Origin: Minisyncoccota bacterium
GTDB taxonomy: Bacteria > Patescibacteriota > Minisyncoccia > Phycocordibacterales > SBAW01
Direction of reading: 5' to 3'
Length of the DNA stretch: 24,507 nt
Assembly: GCA_036509865.1 (NCBI GenBank)
Contig: DATCEW010000084.1
Location: forward strand, 1 to 24,507
Numbering within the stretch: the stretch's first letter is position 1; each line of letters opens with the position of its first letter. The position numbers and the translations under genes were made by a program. Below are positions 6,689 to 13,585 of this stretch, in pieces. Below the pieces are notes generated by a model, which was not told the origin of the DNA, searched no databases, and saw only the letters and a program-made list of their open reading frames with translations.

Positions 6689-6729
6689 CTCGCGAGCATG
6701 CTTGCAACAATGCAAGAGTTCGTTAGTTG
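6684..6729 (+). repeat. Island hairpin element, copy E (41/50 nt identical to copy A, ungapped)
   Basis: TTTAGCTCGCGAG...TTCGTTAGTTG, stem 6686-6696/6719-6729; overlaps the TAG stop of the ArfA-like ORF. Confidence 0.8.
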
Positions 6730-6735
6730 ATTGAG

Positions 6736-7122
6736 TCAACCAACCAATTTTGAGTTTTTTTCAAGCCACGCGGCTATATCTGCGATAGAAGTTTTTTCCA
6801 CCACAAAATGCACCATCGAATCCTCAATATCTTTTTGGTCAAAAAAGGTTTTATACTCATTTTGCTCGAGTATATACACCGCTGTTATAAACGCCGTACG
6901 TTTATTGGCGTCTACAAACACATGATTGCGCGCGAGGCTCTCGAGCGTTGCGGCTGCTTTAGTAAATAAGTTTGGGTACATCTCGGTGCCTCCAAACCCT
7001 GCATACGGTCGTGCGGTGCACATCTCTAAAGCACCGGCGTCACGCAAGCCGCTTGATCCGCCCGTTTGGCGCAACACCACCTCATGCAGGCGGATAATAT
7101 CCTCAGCAGTAGGGAAGGTCAT
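6736..7122 (-). CDS. doc: Doc/Fic-family type II toxin (death-on-curing)
   Basis: Doc motif NHVFVDANKRTA, N-terminal H....GG..G.RD.G.LE...ARP; 128 aa. Confidence 0.92.
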   Translation of the reverse strand: MTFPTAEDIIRLHEVVLRQTGGSSGLRDAGALEMCTARPYAGFGGTEMYPNLFTKAAATLESLARNHVFVDANKRTAFITAVYILEQNEYKTFFDQKDIEDSMVHFVVEKTSIADIAAWLEKNSKLVG

Positions 7123-7364
7123 TATTTGTCTTTGAGCGCCTCAAGTGCAGGGCGGTAACGCTCGACAGCCTCCTCGGCCCACGCCACGAGCTTTGCATTG
7201 CCGGCACTCTTTTTAGCGGCAGGGGCCTTTTTTTCAACAATAAAACGCCCAGCCTCTCTTGTTACAGAGATTATGTCACCCGCAAAAAAACCTTCCTCAC
7301 GTGCATCTTTTGCAGGGAGTACCACGCTTATAGAGCTGCCTACTTTGAGTATTTTTTGATCCAT
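7122..7364 (-). CDS. AbrB/MazE-fold antitoxin cognate to Doc
   Basis: KILKVGSSISVVLP...EEGF..GD.ISV AbrB pattern, C-terminal ERYRPALEALKD; TAATG stop/start overlap with doc. Confidence 0.88.
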   Translation of the reverse strand: MDQKILKVGSSISVVLPAKDAREEGFFAGDIISVTREAGRFIVEKKAPAAKKSAGNAKLVAWAEEAVERYRPALEALKDK

Positions 7365-7371
7365 AATATGA

Positions 7372-7403
7372 GTGTATTATAACGGCATTATAATGCAATA
7401 TTG
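7372..7403. promoter_or_regulatory. TA promoter/operator with palindromes, overlapping a divergent promoter
   Basis: Perfect palindrome GCATTATAATGC (7385-7396), a second TTATAA core 5' of it, and CAATATTG (7396-7403). Minus-strand TATAAT is 11 nt from the antitoxin ATG; plus-strand TTGACA at 7401-7406. Confidence 0.55.
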
Positions 7404-7470
7404 ACATTTTGAATCATACATGTTTAAATATAAGAGGATTCAGTTTGGCCCGCAACAAAGGGGATAGGCC

Positions 7471-7641
7471 ATGAACGTACACAATGTGAATATCGCGATT
7501 ATCATGCTCCTCGTTGCAGGAGCAATCGTGGGGCATGACGCCCTCAACTTAAGGGGGGTAGCCCTCATTGCCGCTACAGTTTGCGTCCTTTTTTTGGTGG
7601 CGAGCAAAACCTCGCCACTGAGGATGGAGCTCAAGAGGTAA
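7471..7641 (+). CDS. Small membrane protein, 56 aa, two hydrophobic helices; not in the ORF track
   Basis: MNVHNVNIAIIMLLVAGAIVGHDALNLRGVALIAATVCVLFLVASKTSPLRMELKR; purine-rich SD-like tract upstream and terminator downstream. Confidence 0.65.
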   Translation: MNVHNVNIAIIMLLVAGAIVGHDALNLRGVALIAATVCVLFLVASKTSPLRMELKR

Positions 7642-7663
7642 AGGGTAAATAAAGGGAAAAGTC

Positions 7664-7695
7664 GGGCGGTCGCATATAACGCGACCGCCCTTTTT
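7664..7695 (+). terminator. Intrinsic terminator
   Basis: Perfect 10-bp GGGCGGTCGC/GCGACCGCCC followed by TTTTT. Confidence 0.85.
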
Positions 7696-7762
7696 AATTA
7701 TTCTAAACGCGGTTAAGGGTCTTCTAAAAAGTAACAAAAATACGATATGCTATGCTTTTGGT

Positions 7763-8458
7763 ATGGAGCAGCCTCATTTTGAAAAGAACCCTGGCGGTAA
7801 GGCCGAGGCACTTTCAAAAACTATTTTGCCGTGGAGTGAAAGATCAAAACTCTCTCCAGAAACTCGAGAGCATATAACTACCACCACCAGTCAGGAAGTG
7901 CTCACTTTTTTTCGTGAGGAGGCCGTTGAGTATGACAATCTTTCGCACATGTATGATGTGCTCAAAGGGCAGCCTTTGTTTGTGCGCAGAGAATCTCCAG
8001 AGAGAATACTTGCTGCGTTAGAAAATAATGAATCTTTGCACATAGGATTTCCTGAGGGGGAAAGATATTCAAATGCGGTGATATGGAGTGCTGCACAAAG
8101 CACCAGGGGTCTTGAAAATGCTTATCTAGAAGGATATGGAGAAGCAAATGGCGTTGTTACAGTAATGGGATTTAAACAAGAAGCGGTGCATGATGTCGTT
8201 TCTCTTGATGATGCATCACAAAAATTTGCAGGTTTAGATCGGACCTACGTTCGTTCGATACGAGGCGAGGTAAGGCCAGAAGATATTTTATTTGTTTCTG
8301 TGCGGGTCCCTTTGTTTTCATTTCCTGAAAAAGACATGACTCCAGAAGAGCAAGAACGCTATGAAGAGTATGAGGAATCTAAAAAAAGCGGCGCAAAAAC
8401 AGCTCCTCAATTTATACACCGAGGTTTTTTGTTTACTAAAAATTTAGAAAAGCAATAA
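7763..8458 (+). CDS. Hypothetical protein (231 aa)
   Basis: Long ORF with natural composition; TGcTATGCT 6 nt upstream of the ATG; no family recognised. Confidence 0.8.
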   Translation: MEQPHFEKNPGGKAEALSKTILPWSERSKLSPETREHITTTTSQEVLTFFREEAVEYDNLSHMYDVLKGQPLFVRRESPERILAALENNESLHIGFPEGERYSNAVIWSAAQSTRGLENAYLEGYGEANGVVTVMGFKQEAVHDVVSLDDASQKFAGLDRTYVRSIRGEVRPEDILFVSVRVPLFSFPEKDMTPEEQERYEEYEESKKSGAKTAPQFIHRGFLFTKNLEKQ

Positions 8459-8487
8459 CCACCGCACATCAAAGATATGCGGTGGTT
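8457..8487. terminator. Hairpin between convergent genes, overlapping both stop codons
   Basis: AACCACCGCA (8457-8466)/TGCGGTGGTT (8478-8487). Confidence 0.65.
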
Positions 8488-8750
8488 TACCGTTCGGACT
8501 CTGTCTGACACGACACGCATCGTAATGCGGACGGTATTGTTTTGAGCCTTTTGATCGGGATTGGCCCTCCACAATCAATGCATACACCGTACGTACCAGC
8601 TTGAATCTGGCTTAGGGCCAAATATTGGGCCGGCAATATTTTTCGTGCTTTGAAAACAGCGTCGATTCGGTTTGTATAGATAGCGTTTTTGCACGCTGAT
8701 ATCCTTTTTTGTATTCGCTTTTCTTGACTTACCAAGAAATCTTGAGACAT
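8487..8750 (-). CDS. TraR/DksA-family C4 zinc-finger protein
   Basis: GTYGVCIDCGGPIPIKRL..IP.A.RCVSCQ; start at ATG 8750 with GAGGG upstream. Confidence 0.85.
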   Translation of the reverse strand: MSQDFLVSQEKRIQKRISACKNAIYTNRIDAVFKARKILPAQYLALSQIQAGTYGVCIDCGGPIPIKRLKTIPSALRCVSCQTESER

Positions 8751-8827
8751 GGTAGCCCTCGCTCTTTGTACTGGTTCGTGAAAAATAATAACACAGAAAC
8801 CAAAATGGTGCAAGTTTTACAAAAAGG

Positions 8828-9907
8828 TTATTTTACCTCTCCCTCGAGCATTTTTAGCACCAGCTCGTTTCTTAGCACCGTTTCGATATGTATTTTAAGT
8901 AACTCAAGGTTTGCGTCAGGGAAATGCTCTATCGCATGCTTCATTTCCGCATCAACTGCGGTCGAGTCGGCCTCTACTTTCTCATCGGCAGCTAATTTAT
9001 TTAATACCAACTGAAGCTTGGCGCGCTTTGCGCCTTGCTCATAAAAGTCTTGGCGTACGGCCTCCTCGGTTTTACCCACGCGTTTTAAATAATCCTCATA
9101 GCTCATGCCAAAGCGAGCGACATCCTCACGCATTTGGCTCATTATTTTATCGAGCTCGCTCTCGACAAAAATCTTTGGCACCGCCACTTGGGTTTTCTCG
9201 AGTAGCTGCTCAATTATTTTGCCGCGGCGAGCGTCTTTGGCGGCACGCTCCTTTTCCTCCCCGATGCCTTTTTTGATTTGAGTTTTAAGCTCCTCAACAG
9301 TAGTAAAAGCGCCGAGTGATTTTGCAAACTCATCGTTTAGCTCAGGCAATACCGGTTCGGTTGCTTCAGGTGTATCCTCTCCTTCGATGGCGGGTGCAAC
9401 CGGAGGGACTGCACGGCTTTTGCGCAAGTCCTCGATAGTTTTATCTACCTCTTCGTCAGTTGCCGGCTCGGCAGCTTCAAGCGGGATATTTTTTGCAACA
9501 TCTTTCCACTCCTTAGGTACGTTTACGATAGGGTACACCGCCGTGCGCACGGTAAGCCCGACCGACTCTCCCGGTGCAAGCTTGGTAATGCGGATATCAG
9601 GGCGGCCGACTGCATCTATTTTGTGAGCGGTAATAAGCTGCGGGTAAAAGTCGCGCACCAACAGCTCGACAGACTCCTCGAGCATGGCTATCTCCCCAAC
9701 CTTTTTTAAAGCAATGTCGCCGGGCACGTGCCCTTTGCGGAAGCCGGGCAGATCAAGCTCCCCTGCAATGTGCCCCAGGGCCTCATCTTTGTAGTTGTTT
9801 ATAGCATCGGCAGGTATCTCGCCGGTAAACTCAACCTCCGACTCGGGGAGCTCTTTAAACGTAAAAGATTTTGCTACTTCCTCCCAGTGGGTATCTGTTT
9901 TTGTCAT
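8828..9907 (-). CDS. tig: Trigger factor lacking the FKBP/PPIase domain
   Basis: Ribosome-binding LPGFRKGHVP signature; a short acidic/Pro linker then ELNDEFAKSLG and the C-terminal chaperone domain; 359 aa. Confidence 0.92.
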   Translation of the reverse strand: MTKTDTHWEEVAKSFTFKELPESEVEFTGEIPADAINNYKDEALGHIAGELDLPGFRKGHVPGDIALKKVGEIAMLEESVELLVRDFYPQLITAHKIDAVGRPDIRITKLAPGESVGLTVRTAVYPIVNVPKEWKDVAKNIPLEAAEPATDEEVDKTIEDLRKSRAVPPVAPAIEGEDTPEATEPVLPELNDEFAKSLGAFTTVEELKTQIKKGIGEEKERAAKDARRGKIIEQLLEKTQVAVPKIFVESELDKIMSQMREDVARFGMSYEDYLKRVGKTEEAVRQDFYEQGAKRAKLQLVLNKLAADEKVEADSTAVDAEMKHAIEHFPDANLELLKIHIETVLRNELVLKMLEGEVK

Positions 9908-9936
9908 CCGAGCGATAGTAGCACACTATATTCAAA

Positions 9937-10122
9937 TTATGAATTGGCGGGCTGCTGGCTTGCCGGTACCGCATGGAGCTTGGCCGCCTGGTTTATAAAA
10001 AAGTAAAGGCCGCCGAGCACGATAAGCATTACCACAATAATGGTGCCTACTATCGGTCCGACGCCGGATCGCTCAGCGGCGTCTTGTCTCTCGTTTGTTT
10101 GGTCAATGAGAAGCTCGTCCAT
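9937..10122 (-). CDS. Small single-pass membrane protein (61 aa)
   Basis: One TM (GPIVGTIIVVMLIVLGGLYFF); TATACT 6 nt upstream of the ATG. Confidence 0.75.
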   Translation of the reverse strand: MDELLIDQTNERQDAAERSGVGPIVGTIIVVMLIVLGGLYFFINQAAKLHAVPASQQPANS

Positions 10123-10158
10123 AAGGATAGTATATAACGAGAATCGTTATCCACAGAG

Positions 10159-10695
10159 CTACTTCGAGAATTTTTCTTTATAGAGTGCTACGGATTTTTT
10201 AACTGCCTCAAGCGCTTCCGCTTTGCCTTTGATGCCGTTTATCTCAACCGGAGCGGGTTTACCCTTGAGCGCTTTGTAGGTCTCGAGAAAATGCTGAAAC
10301 TCCTTAAGCGAGTGCTTGTTGATGTCGGCCACATCCTGCACATCTTCCCAGCGCTTGTCCTCAACCGGTACGGCAATAACTTTAAAATCGCTCTCGCCGC
10401 TGTCTATCATCTCCATCACGGCCACCGGACGCACGGCCACCAAGATGCCTGTTTGCAAAGGGTAGGTGGTAAGGACGATTACATCGAGCGCATCGCCGTC
10501 GTCCCACAGTGTTTGCGGCGCAAAGCCGTAGTCGTACGGGAAGGCCGCATCGGAGTAATTGGCGCGGTCAAGCTTGATGAGGCCTGTTGCTTTGTCTATT
10601 TCGTACTTATTGTGCGAGCCTTTTGGTATCTCGATAATCACGTTTATCTCGTTTGGCGCATCGTCGCCCAAGGATACATCGTGCCAGAGGTTCAT
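10159..10695 (-). CDS. ppa: Inorganic pyrophosphatase, family I
   Basis: IEIPKGS.NKYE.DK, YPYDYGF-like YGFAPQT, DGDALDV, D.GESDFKVIAV. Confidence 0.96.
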   Translation of the reverse strand: MNLWHDVSLGDDAPNEINVIIEIPKGSHNKYEIDKATGLIKLDRANYSDAAFPYDYGFAPQTLWDDGDALDVIVLTTYPLQTGILVAVRPVAVMEMIDSGESDFKVIAVPVEDKRWEDVQDVADINKHSLKEFQHFLETYKALKGKPAPVEINGIKGKAEALEAVKKSVALYKEKFSK

Positions 10696-10715
10696 ATAGT
10701 TATTATAACTTAATT

Positions 10716-11936
10716 TTAAGCAATTTCCGACTTTACCTCGCCGTCTTCCGTTACCTCGGCTACCTTAGTGCCGCCGATAGACTGGATGTCGATGCGCCAG
10801 CCGGTAAGCTTGGCGGCAAGACGCACGTTTTGGCCGCCGCGGCCGATGGCGAGGCTCTGCTGGTCCTCGGCAACTTTAATGCTTGCCTTGTGCTCGGCCT
10901 CATCGAGCTCAACCGAGGTGATGCGGGCCGGGGAGAGCGCCTCCTCTATAAATGATTTAATATCCTCGTTCCACTCGATGATGTCTATCTTCTCACCGCC
11001 GAGCTCGGAGGTAACGGTGGAGACGCGCACGCCGCGCTGGCCCACCAAGCTGCCGACCGGGTCGACATGCGGGTCGCTTGAGGCAACCGCAACCTTGGAG
11101 CGGCTGCCCGCCTCGCGGGCGATTGCTTTAAAGGTAACAATGCCGTGCCCGACCTCGGGCACCTCCATCTCAAAAAGTTTTGCAAGAAACTGCGGGTTGG
11201 CGCGCGAGAGGCGCAAGTAAATGCCGCGCGGGCTCTCCTCTACCTGATATAGCAAGCCGCGGATGCGCTCGCCCTGGCGGTACCGCTCGCCCGGTATCTG
11301 CTCGTCGTACGGCAAGATGCCCGTTGCGCGGCCGAGGTCGACATAGATATTGCCGCGCTCCATGCGCTGCACAGTGCCGCTCACTATCTCGCCCTGGCGT
11401 TTGCCAAACTCGGCCACCACCGAAACCTTTTCCGCTTCGCGGATTTTTTGGATGATCACTTGTTTGGCGGTTTGTGCGGCGATGCGGCCGTAGTCGTCCT
11501 TCATCTCAAGAGGGAAGATGAGCTCGTCGCCCACCTTTGCATCGCGCTTGATAAACTTAGCGTCGGAGAGGAGGATATGCTGCTCGGGGTTAAAGCGCGG
11601 CAGCTCTCCCTCGGCAAGCGTTGGAGCCTCCTCTTTGTGATAGCGCCCGTCGTTATACGCGTAGCCCTCTTTTGTCCCATGAGAAGCTTCGGCTTCTTCT
11701 CCTTCCTCGACAAAACGCACGGAGCTCTCGTCGACCACCTCTTTAATTTGTTGAAACTCGGTGGTGCCGCTCGCCAAGTCGAGATGCGCGCGGATAATCT
11801 GCCCGCGCTTTGCGTACTCTTTTTTGTAAGCGGTTGCGAGCGCGGCCTCGATAGCCTCGATGACTTTCTCGCGCGGTATGCCGCGCTCTTCCTCAAGCTC
11901 GCCGAGCACGCTGTTCATTACTTTTAGGTCAAACAT
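10716..11936 (-). CDS. nusa: Transcription termination/antitermination factor NusA
   Basis: GRIAAQTAKQVIIQKIREAE, S1 domain, AREAGSRSKVAV, GQRGVRV..V..EL.GEKIDI, LAIGRGGQNVRLAAKLTGWRIDI. Confidence 0.97.
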   Translation of the reverse strand: MFDLKVMNSVLGELEEERGIPREKVIEAIEAALATAYKKEYAKRGQIIRAHLDLASGTTEFQQIKEVVDESSVRFVEEGEEAEASHGTKEGYAYNDGRYHKEEAPTLAEGELPRFNPEQHILLSDAKFIKRDAKVGDELIFPLEMKDDYGRIAAQTAKQVIIQKIREAEKVSVVAEFGKRQGEIVSGTVQRMERGNIYVDLGRATGILPYDEQIPGERYRQGERIRGLLYQVEESPRGIYLRLSRANPQFLAKLFEMEVPEVGHGIVTFKAIAREAGSRSKVAVASSDPHVDPVGSLVGQRGVRVSTVTSELGGEKIDIIEWNEDIKSFIEEALSPARITSVELDEAEHKASIKVAEDQQSLAIGRGGQNVRLAAKLTGWRIDIQSIGGTKVAEVTEDGEVKSEIA

Positions 11937-11980
11937 GGTGTGGATGTAATTAGTTAATTCTGTAATATCCGGCCTTATTA

Positions 11981-12007
11981 AAAAGAAAAACCACCCACGC
12001 GGGGCAG
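11981..12007 (-). terminator. Weak hairpin plus U tract in the nusA 5' UTR (candidate attenuator)
   Basis: Minus strand CUGCCC-CGCGU-GGGUGG-UUUUUCUUUU between the promoter and the nusA start. Confidence 0.5.
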
Positions 12008-12022
12008 TTACCAGATGCCAAA

Positions 12023-12051
12023 ACTATATTCCCATTGGTGAGATAAGTCAA
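12023..12051 (-). promoter_or_regulatory. sigma70 promoter for nusA
   Basis: TTGACT (12051-12046), N17, TATAGT (12028-12023). Confidence 0.75.
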
Positions 12052-12074
12052 GTATCATATATAATAGAAGCAGT

Positions 12075-13538
12075 ATGCAGGGTATGCAGGAAAATAAGAA
12101 GGAGCAAAACGGTTGGCTGGCCAGCGAGTTTTTAAGCGAGGATGAACAGCGCCGCGCTTTGGCGCAGCATCTGGGCATCCCTTTTGTTTTGCTTGGCAAA
12201 GAGGATATATCGCAGGAAGCGCTCGTGCTTATCCCGGAGCCGCTCTCTCGCGCGCACTCGATCGTTGCTTATAACGCAGATGGAGGCGCCGTTGAGGTTG
12301 CACTCCTTGCCATTGATGACCTCCAAAAGATATCTTTTTTGCAGGCGGATAAAAAAATAAAGCCGCGCTTGACCGACCAGGCTTCGATTACCCATGCGCT
12401 GCTTTTGTATCAAAAACATCTTAAAGAAAAGTTTGGGAGCGCGCTCCAGGCGGGCAATGCCGATGCGCTCATCCGCCATGCGCTCATGAGCCAAGCCTCC
12501 GATGTCCATCTTGAGGTATCGCAAAGCGGCACGCGCATACGCTACCGCATACAAGGTGCTCTCTGCGATGCGATGCGCCTTACCTCGGAGGCGGGTGGTG
12601 TGTTGGTGCAAGATATAAAGTCGCTCGCAAAACTTTTTCCCATTGCGGTGGTGCAGGAAGGTAAATTTAAAATTGAGAACGATGAGGCGGTAGCGGTAAG
12701 CGTCGCAAATTTGCCAATAGCGGGGGGAGAGAAGCTGACAATGCGGCTCTCATGGGAGAGCTCCGGCCATAAAGGATTTACGCTCTCCGCGCTTGGTTTG
12801 CACGGCAAAGGGTTGGAGCAAGTGCATGCAATGCTGCACGCGCGCTCGGGTTTGGTACTTGTGTGCGGTCCTGAAGGGAGCGGTAAAACAACTACTCTCT
12901 ATACGCTGCTCGATCAGCTGCAAGGGAGCCGTGCCATTGCGACTATCGAGGAAGATATCGAGCATCGCCTCTCGCACGCAACGCAAACGCAAACGCAAAC
13001 GAGACCCGAGGTGGGACTCACCATGCTTGCGGGCCTGCGCGCCGTGCTCCGTAGCGACCCGGACGTGGTGCTGATAGACGAGGCAACACCTGAGTGCGTG
13101 CCTGTTGCCTTGAGTGCCGTGCGCCGCGGGATGTTGGTTTTTGCGGCCGCAAAGGACCGCGATATGTTTGACTCGTCCGATGGCGGCCCCAAAGCAATTA
13201 TAGACGTTCGCACTGCAAAAAAATTGTGCCAACACTGCAAAATGGCATATAAGCCGCTGCGTGCCGATCTCGATGCTCTTGAAGCGGCAGACTTTGGCAA
13301 AGTGCTCGCCGCGCTCAAAGACGAGTCTGTCATCGACTCGCAGAAACAATGGAAAGATCTCGATTTTTTTGCCCCAAAAGGGTGTGTCGAGTGCGAGGGC
13401 GGTTATAAAGGGGTTGGGGGTCTTCAAGCCGTCACTGACCCCGAGGGAGCTTGCCTCAACCTCGCCCAAGAAGCACTTTTTAAAGCCGCACAAGGGCTGG
13501 TGAGCATTGAGGAGGCTCTGAAGGTAGCGGGCGAGTAG
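12075..13538 (+). CDS. PilB/GspE-family ATPase, degenerate
   Basis: ASDVHLE, RIRYRI.G.L, Walker A GPEGSGKTTT, LRSDPDVVLIDE, CxxC...CxxC Zn motif. His box and Arg-finger segment not recognisable. Confidence 0.85.
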   Translation: MQGMQENKKEQNGWLASEFLSEDEQRRALAQHLGIPFVLLGKEDISQEALVLIPEPLSRAHSIVAYNADGGAVEVALLAIDDLQKISFLQADKKIKPRLTDQASITHALLLYQKHLKEKFGSALQAGNADALIRHALMSQASDVHLEVSQSGTRIRYRIQGALCDAMRLTSEAGGVLVQDIKSLAKLFPIAVVQEGKFKIENDEAVAVSVANLPIAGGEKLTMRLSWESSGHKGFTLSALGLHGKGLEQVHAMLHARSGLVLVCGPEGSGKTTTLYTLLDQLQGSRAIATIEEDIEHRLSHATQTQTQTRPEVGLTMLAGLRAVLRSDPDVVLIDEATPECVPVALSAVRRGMLVFAAAKDRDMFDSSDGGPKAIIDVRTAKKLCQHCKMAYKPLRADLDALEAADFGKVLAALKDESVIDSQKQWKDLDFFAPKGCVECEGGYKGVGGLQAVTDPEGACLNLAQEALFKAAQGLVSIEEALKVAGE

Positions 13539-13585
13539 AGGAGAGTGGTATTATTCTTTGGTGATTAACTTTACTATGCGCGTTT

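Noticed and set aside
6406-6726. 106-aa plus-strand ORF in the ORF track
   Set aside because: No SD, and it spans hairpins; the 50-aa ORF at 6536 in another frame has a perfect SD and a recognisable motif.
4856-6729. CRISPR array interpretation of the repeated elements
   Set aside because: Spacing is 250-560 nt and irregular, each interval holds an SD-led ORF, repeat interiors differ in length, and no cas genes are present.
4855-6729. Canonical integron attC sites
   Set aside because: Only copy A has a clean RYYYAAC. Right ends (GTTGTTC, GTTGATT) do not fit GTTRRRY, copy B is only about 26 nt, wobble pairs favour the coding strand, and no intI is in the window. Kept only as an analogy.
4418-7700. 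Calling the island a prophage, IS or ICE
   Set aside because: No integrase, transposase, relaxase, phage structural gene or flanking target duplication was seen.
12981-13001. (ACGCAA)3 microsatellite in the PilB-like gene as a phase-variation switch
   Set aside because: The unit is in-frame (QT repeats) and has only three copies, so slippage would not switch expression.
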